64,000 nt of DNA from Octopus sinensis (Eukaryota): positions 71,176,001-71,240,000 of the forward strand of contig NC_043001.1 in NCBI RefSeq assembly GCF_006345805.1, written 5' to 3'. The notes beneath the pieces were generated by a model, which ran no database searches, was not told the origin of the DNA, and saw only the letters and a program-made list of their open reading frames with translations. Within the stretch, counting starts at the first letter, position 1; each line of letters opens with the position of its first letter. Shown here piece after piece: positions 1-11,099 of this stretch. The position numbers were made by a program, and so were the translations under genes.

Positions 1-329
1 AAAGTGTAGCGAGTTTAATGATGTAAAATTTAGCTTTTTTTATTAATGCTTTTTAGCAATAGGTATTTGATTATATTTAAATAATATGCATATAATAATA
101 AAATAGATTTTCGGATTTGAATTTAAAATGTTTATTTGTTCATTGGCTCAAGTTTCTCATCGAGTTTTTGATGAGAATAAATGTAATCTATTCAAACTAA
201 AATTTTTTAAATACATGTTTTATAATAACTGTAGATGCAAGAATAAAATTGCATATGTACGTGACAATTTTTTTACAGTTTGAGTTTTTATTGTAAATAA
301 CTCTGAACATGAGTATTTTCATTTCATTA

Positions 330-444
330 ATAAAATGCTGTTTTTTTTTTTTTGTGCATAAGACAAATTGTTGCACAAGGGTTCCTCGAGCCAGTGGAAT
401 GTTTTCTTGGGGTTCCGCTCCAGCAAAAGGTTTGAAAAGCACTG
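330..444 (+). mobile_element. Right end of a hAT-like MITE or non-autonomous DNA transposon
   Basis: Ends ...GGGGTTCCGCTCCAGCAAAAGGTTTGAAAAGCACTG. The reverse complement CAGTGCTTTTCAAACC resembles hAT/Charlie-type TIRs. The left TIR was not found, so the left boundary is approximate. Confidence 0.45.
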
Positions 445-459
445 ATATATATATACACG

Positions 460-520
460 TACATACATACATACATACATACATACATACATACATACAT
501 ACATACATACATACATACAT
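460..520. repeat. (TACA)n microsatellite
   Basis: Direct tetranucleotide repeat. Confidence 0.95.
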
Positions 521-1342
521 ACCAATCCTTACACACGTAACAAAATTGTTACCTAGCAAATACTCTAAAAGCATCACATATAATCATGTGTTTGAATGCG
601 AGAGTGCGTGTATGTGTGTATCCTTTGTTTTTGTAAACATATCATTGTATTACATTCTTGGATATTCACCGAACCAATTAAATTGTATGCATTCGTACAA
701 GTACCAACTGCTCTTATAAACTTAAATCATTTGTCACCATTCTATAATCATATATTTCTCAAATATCTACGTCAGCAATCTATATCAGAGATGGCCTTTG
801 AAGAGACACATAGCTCTTCTACTCTCTTAACTAAAACTCATAATACACCAATCTGGTCTTATACCTAAAGTTATGGGGTTTTTTGCTTGGTCACATAAAA
901 TAAATATTAGGTTAATGCAATATGTCCCATTGCATAATAGTTTATATATATATATTTATCTTTGAGTTGTTAGTGAAAATTGCCTTTGATTGACTAAAAT
1001 TCTGTGCAAATTAAATTCCTGTATCATTTGTAAGCTGCTGTAAAACCAGCAACTATATGCTTATATCACACAAATATCGATAAAGCATTCAAGGCATGGC
1101 TAGTATATAAATTAATATTAGATTTTAAGTTTATGATTACACTATAAATTTAATATCATAGGGTATATCTTAAATATTGATTTTATTCTGGAGACTAGCT
1201 CTGAATATCTGTGGTAAAAGCAGTTACATGTGTTTCCTACCAAAGTCATGTGCTGATAATTTATGTTTGTGTATATCGGAACCATATGGATGCAAATACT
1301 TTATGTAACACGTCTATCAATAATTTTTAAATTATTTCGTAG

Positions 1343-1435
1343 GATGGTCAGCTAAGTTCCATTATATTGCAGAATCAAATTTCAATTATAATGATTTTCC
1401 AACTTTACTGTGGTGTTGCAAATATTCAGTATTAG
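1343..1435 (+). CDS. Candidate 93-nt internal exon (phase 1-1), unknown protein
   Basis: Acceptor ttttaaattatttcgtag and donor AG|gtacgt. One open frame reads (G)WSAKFHYIAESNFNYNDFPTLLWCCKYSVL. No homology recognised. Confidence 0.25.
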   Translation, partial: DGQLSSIILQNQISIIMIFQLYCGVANIQY

Positions 1436-1478
1436 GTACGTTCATCACGGGTTTTCAAAAATAAACCGACCAGTACCT

Positions 1479-1847
1479 CTGTTCTCTCAGCCTTAGTTAT
1501 ACAAGGGATTTGATAAACTAGTCTATAAATTAAAACTGGCCCCATAAAAACAAAAAATATCAGTGACGGGCAAAGTCTCTAACAATGTATATCTTCTTGA
1601 AAACTTAGTGACCTCTATCCTGGAGTGAGGCAGCATGTTCTTTATCTATCTCCTTAACTTCTTGGATTTTAGGTATAATTATACTAATGTATCCATCTGA
1701 TCTAATTTAATTAAATTCTATGTCTTTGTGCAGCTGAAGATTGCTCTGCATTTTAAATTTATGTAATGATTGCATTGTTCAATTAAATTCAGTTGCATGA
1801 AGCGATCATACTGCATTACCTCTGAATATCCTTGTTGCTTATTTTGA
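1479..1847 (+). repeat. Diverged direct repeat, copy A (others at 28668-29029 and partial 2580-2706)
   Basis: Shared blocks such as TCTCTCAGCCTTA..ATACAAGGGAT.TGATAAACTAGTCTATAAATTAAAACTG and ATGTAATGATTGCATT. Confidence 0.85.
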
Positions 1848-1937
1848 ATATATATATATATAGTATATATATTATATATTATATACATAGATATATATGC
1901 GTGTGTGCGTATGTGCGCGTATGTTTGTGTGTTTGTG

Positions 1938-1970
<33 letters not shown>
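1848..1970. repeat. (TA)n/(TG)n compound microsatellite
   Basis: Direct inspection. Confidence 0.9.
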
Positions 1971-1978
<8 letters not shown>

Positions 1979-2709
1979 ACATAAGACGGTTCTTATTGAG
2001 CTATTTTAACTCTTATTTCTAGCAATACTGGTGCTGAATAACGCCCTCAGTCGCTTTAATGAGGCATATATTCTTGCCGCTTGGTTGAAAAATTGCTAAC
2101 AAGCCAGCCTTGTTATTTATAATTTACACCTTTACCATTTATGAAATCAGCGTATGATTTCTACAGTGATCTTATAAACTGACAAGGCGAATAGAGATTA
2201 ACCGAAGCCGAGCATTAATGTAAATGCAAAGTCACTGGTGATCTGGCTATGCTCGGTGCTTGGGGAGCTTGCCGCCTTTGTCAGTCAATAAGATAGCGCT
2301 TATTTATGGTGGTTATAAGTTGTTTTGGCTCTTATTTCTAGAAAAACTGAATAGCGTCTTCAGTCACTTTACTGGAGTACATACTCTTGCCTTCTATTTG
2401 AAAAATGAATTATATATATATTTATATATATGTATATTTAAAACAAAGTAAACTTGCTATTAATGTAGCTCAAAATATGTTTTGAACTACATTAGTAGCA
2501 GTATGGACTTTTCCCTTTTCTTGCTCTGCTAGAGAATTTGAGTAAAATTATATTTATGTGTCCAACTGATTAAACAAGTCTATTCGTTTATGCTGCTGAG
2601 GATAGCCCAGCATTTATATTGATGTAATGATTGCATTGTTCAATTAAAAGGATCCGCTTGAGAATGTCGTCCTGCATCACCTCTTGATGTCCTGTTACTT
2701 ATTTTGGTT

Positions 2710-2724
2710 ATATATACATATATA

Positions 2725-2765
<41 letters not shown>

Positions 2766-2792
2766 TATATATAATATATATTATATATAAAC

Positions 2793-2851
<59 letters not shown>

Positions 2852-2883
2852 CATATATATATATATATACTATATATATATAT

Positions 2884-2930
<47 letters not shown>

Positions 2931-2960
2931 TATAATATTATTATATATATTATATAATAT
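2710..2960. repeat. Interrupted (TA)n microsatellite
   Basis: Direct inspection. Confidence 0.95.
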
Positions 2961-3400
2961 AATATTATTAGTGAATTGAAGAAATGGAGTTGAACGAAGA
3001 TTGAACAGAATCGTTTAATTGCATTCTACACGTGTTTCGAAAGGCACAATTTACCAAATTCCGATTGAATAAGGAGACCATATTGTGTCTTTCTCTCAGG
3101 AAGAAATAGGAAATCCGTTGGAAAAAACAAAAACAGAAGAGAAAGACACAATATGGTCTCCTTATTCAATCGGAATTTGGTAAATTGTGCCTTTCGAAAC
3201 ACGTGTAGAATGCAATAAAACGATTTCTGTTCAATCTTCGTTCAACTCCATTTCTTCAATTCACTAATAATATTAAAATTCAATTATCCGCACCAACGCA
3301 CGGTTGCAACACCATAGGGTTGTACCTTCAACCGAGCTGTCTTCTGCTGTGATTTTTGCTACCAAGGTATCGTTTAAACTTTTGATTAATCTGCAACAAG
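2961..3400 (+). mobile_element. Fold-back non-autonomous element with hammerhead motifs (PLE pseudo-LTR-like)
   Basis: Near-perfect inverted arms 2961-3096 and 3138-3274 with a 41-nt spacer, flanked by (TA)n on both sides. Each arm carries a hammerhead-like motif. Unique tail to about 3400. Confidence 0.7.
3134..3211 (+). ncRNA. Type I hammerhead ribozyme motif, core mutated (CAGAAGA)
   Basis: CAGAAGA, stem II GAAAGACACAAT/ATTGTGCCTTTC, GAAA, palindromic ACACGTGT, GUA site. The mirror copy on the minus strand has core CTGA-GA with N7 missing. Confidence 0.65.
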
Positions 3401-3422
3401 ATTATTCATCTTTCTATTTCAC

Positions 3423-3428
3423 TATATA

Positions 3429-3468
<40 letters not shown>

Positions 3469-3504
3469 TATTATATATATATACATACATATATATATAT
3501 ACAT

Positions 3505-3547
<43 letters not shown>

Positions 3548-3575
3548 ATATATAACACATACATATATATTATAT

Positions 3576-3622
<47 letters not shown>

Positions 3623-3655
3623 TATATATATATATATATTATATATATATATACA
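3423..3655. repeat. Interrupted (TA)n microsatellite
   Basis: Direct inspection. Confidence 0.95.
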
Positions 3656-4411
3656 AACACAAAGGAATGGAGAATTATACATTCTTTAATCAGCTAACGA
3701 ACATTTCCAATAGATTGGCACATTCCAGAATTCCGCAATGTCGTTATTATCTTTATTGATTGATCCCATATTTGATCGACTGTGATAAAACATGAACATC
3801 ATAACACACTGCTTACAAATGAGAGCATTTTAAGTGAGATTGATAGTAATGACATTAAAATTGTTTGACCAATAGAAGTTGTACACAGGTGTTTCAGCAG
3901 ACACACTTAGGAATCGTATTTATCACATTATGCAAATATCGTAACATGACATTGCGACAGAGAGAGAGAGTGAGAAAGGGACAGTATAGATACTGACATT
4001 GATATATATGTAGATATTTAAAAGATTTATTCAATTTACAATAGAGCACCTCTTCCAATAAGGAACTGATTGTCCATACAATAAATGGCTTCACACGTTC
4101 ACCAACTGAAATTGGAATTAATGTTATAATTGAAGGAAAATTTATCTACATTTATTTAAATTGCAATTACCGACGAAATGATGGTTATATTGTATGAAGT
4201 CCACTATTAAAACACATGTACAATGGTAATTTGAATAAATCATTTTGAACGTCATATTACTGTATGGATTTTCTTTTTTGCGACGTGAACTAATTAACTA
4301 CGTAGGCAAATGTGTTTATAAATCACATTTTTTATTGAAACTTATACTAAACACACACATACATACACACATACGTACATACATACATACATACAAGCCT
4401 GCATGCGTGCG

Positions 4412-4448
<37 letters not shown>

Positions 4449-4963
4449 TGTGTGTTCTTTGCTGTTCTCGTTTACCTTTATATTAATTCTAATGGAAAAT
4501 TTCAACTCTGCTCAATTATGTGAGATATGCAAGCCAATATGTCATCCTGATCAGAATTATTCCATTTATCATAACGTTGGCTTAGAATTATATAGGCCTA
4601 AAATGTCTGCTAATTAGATAAAAGGTGTGAGTGTGATTTGTGTCGATTGGCTAGCGTTTTTATTAAGCCAAGTGACTGATTACCGGCTAACTTACTCATG
4701 AATATTTTTAGAACATATATTATACTTAGCGTATTTCAGGAATTCCTTCAGTACAGAAACATTACACTCTTGATAATCATATTCTAACGTAAAAATCTCT
4801 TTCATGGCATATTGTACGATACATGCAAGCGATTGGCTATGGATGTCAGTGTTTCGCGTTACATATTTCCATGTTATAACAATATTTTTAGCAACGCCAC
4901 AATTCTGCAAGTGGCAGATTGCTGTAGTATATTGCAGCCTGTCACCATTACTTTATAAACGAC

Positions 4964-6700
4964 TATCAATGCATCCCAGCGTTGCCCGGGTGTTATGACC
5001 TACATCCACATTGTACTATTTGTTTCTTTCTTATGGGTAAAATCGGCACAAGGATGTAAAGAATCGGAATACGTATGAGGACGTAGAGGTATCCATATTG
5101 CAGGAAGTAAGGGACATGGAAAGAAAGCTGCTTCGTTGTGAAAAGCACCGGCTCTGTAAAGTTTGGGTAGACTGCACACTTCAACATATGTTAAGTGAAG
5201 ACGATAATGCCCCTGAGTAAAGTATGTTCTGTGTAAGTCCAGTGTTGGTAGAATAAATATACAAGTCATCTGCACTGATAATTCGAGAGCATGCGACATA
5301 TAGTTGTCCATGAAAAAAGCAGAGTATTTGTTAATTGAGACCCACAACTTTTAAAGTTTGACCTTGAGTTTTGTTGATTGTCATAGCGAAGCACATTCGC
5401 ACTTGGAACTGGAGGTGTTTGAATTCAAATGGCACATTTAAGGGAATAAGGAGCATGCGATTTCTCCTTGACGACAGCCGGCAATAATGGTTGCTTCTAG
5501 CACATGGCTTGACATTGTAGTTACAGTCAATCTTGTACCATTGAATAGTCGTGGTGGATAAATGCAATTTTCTGTAGGAACGATGTATAAGGTGGCAGTT
5601 TGTTGGTTGTAGAGAGTTGAGACATTCAACTGGATACTGAAGAGTAGCATGTTCGTCGATGGTAGTATCAATGGAGACAAACGTTGGAACATCTCTCGGT
5701 AGACCGTGGAGGAGTTCATGGACTACTGTATCAACGCTTTCATTCCGAGGTGAAACCAGGCTATGTTTTTTCTAAGTTGCCTTGCTATGTGGGAAATACT
5801 TTTTCTTTAAGCTCGGCCAATGTAGACATCATGTGACCACATTGCAGTACATGATATTTCAGGGTGTTATTCAACGGTAAGGCGCTATTTCCTATTTGTA
5901 GAAGTTGATGAGAGAATTCCTCAACTAAGGGGTCGTTATAGAGATGAGCTTAATGAAAGCTGACGAAAAAACCTCCAAAGTGGTGAAGACTTCAGATATA
6001 CATAAATCTCGTCAGCTCGCGTAATTCGTGGTTTGACTGGTAATATTTGATGGAAATTCATGCGAGGACAACAGTCCCCCCCCCCATAAACGCACTATTG
6101 TTTCTAATATCCCTTACTCACCTATCTAGGGCTTCTAGTGCACCACGGTGTGCCATCGTGCAGTCATCCCAGATTATAAATGTAGTTTAGCGCAGAACTT
6201 CCACCGTCGGTGATCGTTTTGAAATATTGTAAATTTGGGCATCACTGAAGTGAGTTTTCTGGAGCAGGAATAGAGGCAGTTTCTTTGTTGTTTCTTGTTT
6301 GTGGAGATAAATTAGAATGTCTTCGTTTTGGAGGCATGGCTAAAAAGAGCGACCGATTAAGGATCATATAAGATGGAAGATATAGCAATTTGAAGTTGTG
6401 TATTGTATAATTTCATTTTTTAGTAACGAATGAAGAGATGTGTTAATGTCAATTTGTATACCGTTATTATGAGAAGAAGCGATAAACTCTGAATGATTTG
6501 GCTATGTTCTGTATTGATAAGCGTGAAACGCTTTGATAAGTTGTGAAACGTTAACGGCGTAAGAAATTGAAAAAGAAAGATAATGTCTAATTCTACACAC
6601 ACGTGAAACATGGGACGAAAGTGAAAATATGCAACCCGATCTCGATTCTGGTGTTCTCAGCGTCTCCTTCTCTCCCACTTTCCCCCTCTCTGTGTGCCAA
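4964..6700 (-). mobile_element. Internally deleted, decayed Helitron
   Basis: Minus-strand N-terminus MPPKRRHSNLSPQTRN (ATG at 6337) joined to PIF1-type helicase motifs (TMAHRGALEALDR, HQILPV, NGTRL, FAMTINKTQGQTL, HGQLYVACSR). 3' hairpin CCCGGGCAACGCTGGG near 4975-4990. The 5' boundary is uncertain. Confidence 0.8.
5190..6190 (-). pseudogene. Helitron PIF1-like helicase remnant with stops and frameshifts
   Basis: ORFs 5438-5719 and 5331-5567 plus manual translation of the flanks. Confidence 0.85.
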
Positions 6701-7214
6701 CTTTCTTACACCTTCACATTTAGAATATAAATACAGTATAAGATTTCTTCCGGCTTTCTTTCACTTTCAACTATAGGACATATATAGGGTGTGAAATATC
6801 AGCATTTCTCTGTTGCCCTCTCCCCCGTCTTTCGTCTTCTATAGAAACTTGTTTTGTGACTCTGTTTCTTTCTCTTGTCTCTCCGTCTTTTTCTCATTCT
6901 CTATTCCTCTAGCTCATTCAGTAAAACTTTATTTGGATTCTACGCTGGGGTTATATTATTGTATGAATTGCAATTGAAAATATAGGAACTTTCTCTTATC
7001 CTTTCAATTATTAGAATGCATATTACATTCAGTAACGTATATTATAATAACATATTTTGAAACAATGATTTTATTTTGATTTACCATAGTATTCTTACAT
7101 TTCAAGGGAAAGGAAATTTATATTAACGTCATTCATACAATTCACAATATATTATTTCAGTAAATGATGCTAAGCATTTATCTTCATGTATCGATCAATA
7201 TATATTCATGCATT

Positions 7215-7272
7215 TATACATACATACATACATAATACATACATACATACATACAGAGTGACAGATAGACAT

Positions 7273-7343
<71 letters not shown>

Positions 7344-7350
7344 CACACAC
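7215..7350. repeat. (TACA)n-(GATA)n compound microsatellite
   Basis: Direct inspection. Confidence 0.9.
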
Positions 7351-7552
7351 ACATACGTACACGCAGACATATGCATATATATATACACATAAATTAGAAA
7401 AAAAAACACCTTTTATCAATTCAAAATCAACAATTAAATTACACCATCTAGAAAATTACATATAATAGAAATATTAAAATTAAAATAACAATAATATACC
7501 GATGATTAAGTAAAATGGAAAATAATAATAAAACCGAATATATTTGGTACGA

Positions 7553-7658
7553 TAACGACGCGTGTTTCGTGGCTATATTTAAGAAATGATTATAGTAAAA
7601 AAAAAATAATAGTAATAGCAAAATCACTTCGATATAAATATAGCCACTCATCAGGTTA
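7553..7658 (-). ncRNA. Type I hammerhead ribozyme, canonical core
   Basis: Minus strand: TAAC-CTGATGA-GTGGCTATATTTA...TAAATATAGCCAC-GAAA-CACGC-GTC-GTTA. Perfect 13-bp stem II, 4-bp stem I, GUC site with predicted cleavage between 7557 and 7556. Confidence 0.85.
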
Positions 7659-7700
7659 AAAATGAACTAGAATAATAAAATAATTAATTAATGAATATAC

Positions 7701-7734
<34 letters not shown>

Positions 7735-7739
<5 letters not shown>

Positions 7740-7834
7740 CACCGACTAGACCATCAGATGTTACATAGCGCTGGTTACAATGCGTTCGCATTGTTTTAGC
7801 CTTCGAATGGCCAATCCGCCTCCATACATATATA

Positions 7835-7926
<92 letters not shown>

Positions 7927-7928
7927 AT

Positions 7929-8003
<75 letters not shown>

Positions 8004-8344
8004 GATGTACTCGCATAGCAAGTGATTTGATCTGAGATCGTGTGCTGGAACGAAAATAATTGCAGTGTGGAAGGTGTTTGTAAGCCATTTAAGAAACACA
8101 CAAAAGCCGTTCGATTCACTTCAACATTTAAGTTTAATTTGTCAAAATATTTTCGTCGCTAAAATCCGCGACCTGTTCACTCTCAAAAATCCGTGCTGCA
8201 TCTCATAGTACGGATTTTTGTCAGTGAACAGGTCGCGGATTTTAGCGACGAAAATATTTTGACAAATTAAACTTAAACATTGAAGTAAAACGAACGGCTT
8301 TTGTGAGTTTCTTAAATGGCTTACAAACACCTTCCACGCTGCAA
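7735..8344 (-). mobile_element. Fold-back non-autonomous element with hammerhead-like motif, containing an internal (TA)n tract
   Basis: Inverted arms 8060-8197 and 8207-8344 with a 9-nt loop. The left arm continues leftwards through about 8020. Assigning 7735-7820 to the same element is an inference. Confidence 0.65.
8217..8266 (+). ncRNA. Hammerhead-like motif with G3:C8 swapped core
   Basis: TTTGTCA-GTGAACA-G-GTCGC(GGATTTTA)GCGAC-GAAA-ATATT-T-TGACAAA: 7-bp stem I, 5-bp stem II, palindromic AATATT stem III. Confidence 0.6.
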
Positions 8345-8659
8345 ATATATATATATATATATATACTTAAATTATTCAATACTTTAAATTTAATTAATAT
8401 GCACAATGCTACTACAAGCCATTAATACAGTAATCAAAATAAGAAATGGTTCAAATATAGACAAAATCATTAAATAAGCTAAATATGTAATTAATATATA
8501 TGTGTAGTATCTATAGATTTAATATATCACTCTATAATATAGTTGACTAAATATCAATTAATATAATACTTAATTATCTTAAATTTAATACTACTTAATA
8601 AATATACCACCTAATAATTAAATAATATATTATCTAGTAAAAATAACTAAAGACACACC

Positions 8660-9409
8660 AACAGCTTATTTTGATGAATTTTTTGCTTTTTAGGCTGTGT
8701 TTTGGTGGCTCGTCTTTGTGCAACGATTGTGCTGAACGTCTACGGTTGTTGTATTAGATCCATTTCTCATCACAGGTTACAATTCGATTGAAAAATTATT
8801 CATTTTTATGACAAGAAAATACCTAAATGCCGGCTTCCAAACGTTGCTGTTTCTGATTTTCATTGAGTTCATGTGGAACACACTTATCCAGCATTTTCAC
8901 TTTAACAATTTGAATTAGGTGAGTCAATAGTGTTTGCTTGCTAACAACAAATAACAACAATAATTGACGGCCACTTTGAGATAGATCTGACTCGACGGTG
9001 GCTTTCAGTTCATCATTATCCACCTTTGTTTCTGGTCGACCACATTGCTAATTTGTGACTTCAAATTTGCCAGAACGAAATTTTGCAAACCAATTCGATA
9101 GTGTCTGCTACGTAATAACATTAGAATGAAATACTCCATTAATATTCCGAGCTGTCTTTGATGCTGTATTCCCAAGAAAGAACTCATATTTCAAAACTGT
9201 ACGAATTTCCGACTTAATCATCTCTAAACAAAAATAGCAAAAAAATTACTTATAAATACTTTATAAAGCGCAAAATGTTAGGGAATAAAGAAATAGATGT
9301 ATCAGCTTTCTAACAGAAAATAAGATTGTCAAAATATAATAATGGCGCAAAATGAGCAGCTGTCAAATTTACCATGTACCTTACTACAAATTTCATACTT
9401 GACCTAATA
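8660..9409 (-). mobile_element. Mariner transposon, 5' half, decayed
   Basis: Transposase start MIKSEIRTVLKYEF at 9221, then GRPETKVDNDELKATVE, KCVPHEL (WVPHEL motif) and DEKWI. TIR-like TATTAGGTC near 9409. Confidence 0.8.
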
Positions 9410-9532
9410 TTAAGGGACCAAGTGTGAAAACGATTTATCTCCAACATGCTTGAATTGCCGATACCTTCAAAACACTAGAAGCAGGCTAGAGAAAGAATAT
9501 TAAAAAGAGGTCTTATAATATATACACACTTA

Positions 9533-9715
9533 GGAGTGGGTGTGTGGTAAGCAGCTTGCTTACCAACCACATGGTTCAGGGTACAGTCCCACTGCGTGAC
9601 ACCTTGGGCAAGTGTCTTCTACAATAGCCTCGGGCCGACCAAATCCTTGTGAGTGGATTTGGTAGACGGGAACTGAAAGAAGCCCGTCGTATATATGTAT
9701 ATATATATATATATA
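9533..9715 (+). mobile_element. tRNA-headed SINE family 1, 5' part
   Basis: Collinear with the intact copy at 57741-58146 (GTGTGGTAAG...GGTTC.G.TTCAGTCC..CTGCGTG...CTGAAAGAAGC.CGTCG). Confidence 0.85.
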
Positions 9716-9721
9716 TATATC

Positions 9722-10330
9722 TGTAAATGTAATATGTGACAATTGTTCGGTAGCCAAGATAAAACTCCGAGTTTCGGATGATGAGGTGGAAATCCACGCC
9801 ACCATCTCTTCAGTTATCCGGCCATCGGAAAAACGCTATGAAAAATGACCGTTATACAAAGGGAAATTACTGTATTATTGACCGCTATAAAGACAAAAGA
9901 GCTATTCGAATGACCGCTAAGTAAGGTAAGGGGGTAAAAAGTTCATAGTATTCGCGTAAGCGTGCCTGTTCATAACTTCACATGTGCGCCCGCACACCTA
10001 CGTTCGTGCGCAAACATTCATCCACCTTCACTTGAAAAACGTACACATCTTCACTCACATCCTACGCCAAATGTATATGTATATACATACAAACCCACAC
10101 ACACGCGTACCGTAAAAGTTCATACATACGTCTACATACGCACAAGCACAAGAAAAAACAGGGTTAAGGGTAACAATACAGAAAAAAAGCATAAGGGAGT
10201 ATACAAAGAGTAACCCACGTCTATATACGGAGTTGTATCTTGACTACCGAATAATTGTCACGTATTACATTTACAAATACAAATCCTCTATTTACATAAT
10301 ATCTTTTGTTATCTTACCGTTTATATCAAT
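9722..10330. mobile_element. About 610-bp insertion with 48-bp inverted arms and a hammerhead motif, nested in the SINE's (TA)n
   Basis: Arms 9722-9769 and 10228-10275 (TGTAAATGTAATAyGTGACAATTrTTCGGTAGyCAAGATA.AACTCCG). It splits the SINE into 9533-9715 and 10340-10573. Confidence 0.7.
9754..9821 (-). ncRNA. Type I hammerhead ribozyme motif
   Basis: CCGGATAA-CTGAAGA-GATGGTGG...CCACC(TCATC)ATC-C-GAAA-CTC-G-GAGT-T-TTATCTTGG. Core intact, one extra C before G12, GUU site. Confidence 0.65.
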
Positions 10331-10339
10331 ATATATATA

Positions 10340-10573
10340 TATATAATATATATATGTATATGTTTGTGTGTCTGTCTTTGTCCCCCCACCATCGCTTGAC
10401 AACCGATGCTTGTGTGTTTACGTCCCCGTAACTTAGTGGTTCAGCAAAAGAGAGCGATAGAATAAGTACTAGGCTTACAAAGAATAAGTCTTGAGGTCGA
10501 TTTGCTCGACAAAACGTGGTGCTCCAGCATGGCCACAGTCAAATATCTGAAACAAGTAAAAGAGTAAGAGAGA
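10340..10573 (+). mobile_element. SINE family 1, 3' part
   Basis: GTTTACGTCCCCGTAACTTAG...GGTGCTCCAGCATGGCC...CTGAAACAAGTAAAAGAG, collinear with 57950-58146. Confidence 0.85.
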
Positions 10574-10703
10574 ATATGTATATTATTAATTTAATGTACA
10601 AATTGCCGATACAATTTTATAGCACGCTAACTACTAGATAAAAATCGGAGTGATTTTTATCCTTATATTCTGTTATGAATTTATATATATATGTATATGT
10701 ATA

Positions 10704-10750
<47 letters not shown>

Positions 10751-11059
10751 ATGTGTGTGTATCTTTGTATGTAAGTACGTATGCATGTAATAATAAAAAA
10801 ATGGTTGAAGATGCATTAAGTTTCTCTTCGTTCACACATTTGTTTGAAAAAAACAAGTTTTATTTTTTAATAGGGGTCAGTATATTTTCCACATATTTAT
10901 ATATTTTGGGAGGTAAAAATAGGAAAATTATTTCACATAACAAATATACTAATATAATATTCGTACAATAATTTCACTGGACAATTACTTATGTATATTT
11001 TCACAATGTGAAAGAGAGAGATACGAAGAGAGCGGGGAAAGTATGTGGCGGAGCTAGAC

Positions 11060-11099
<40 letters not shown>

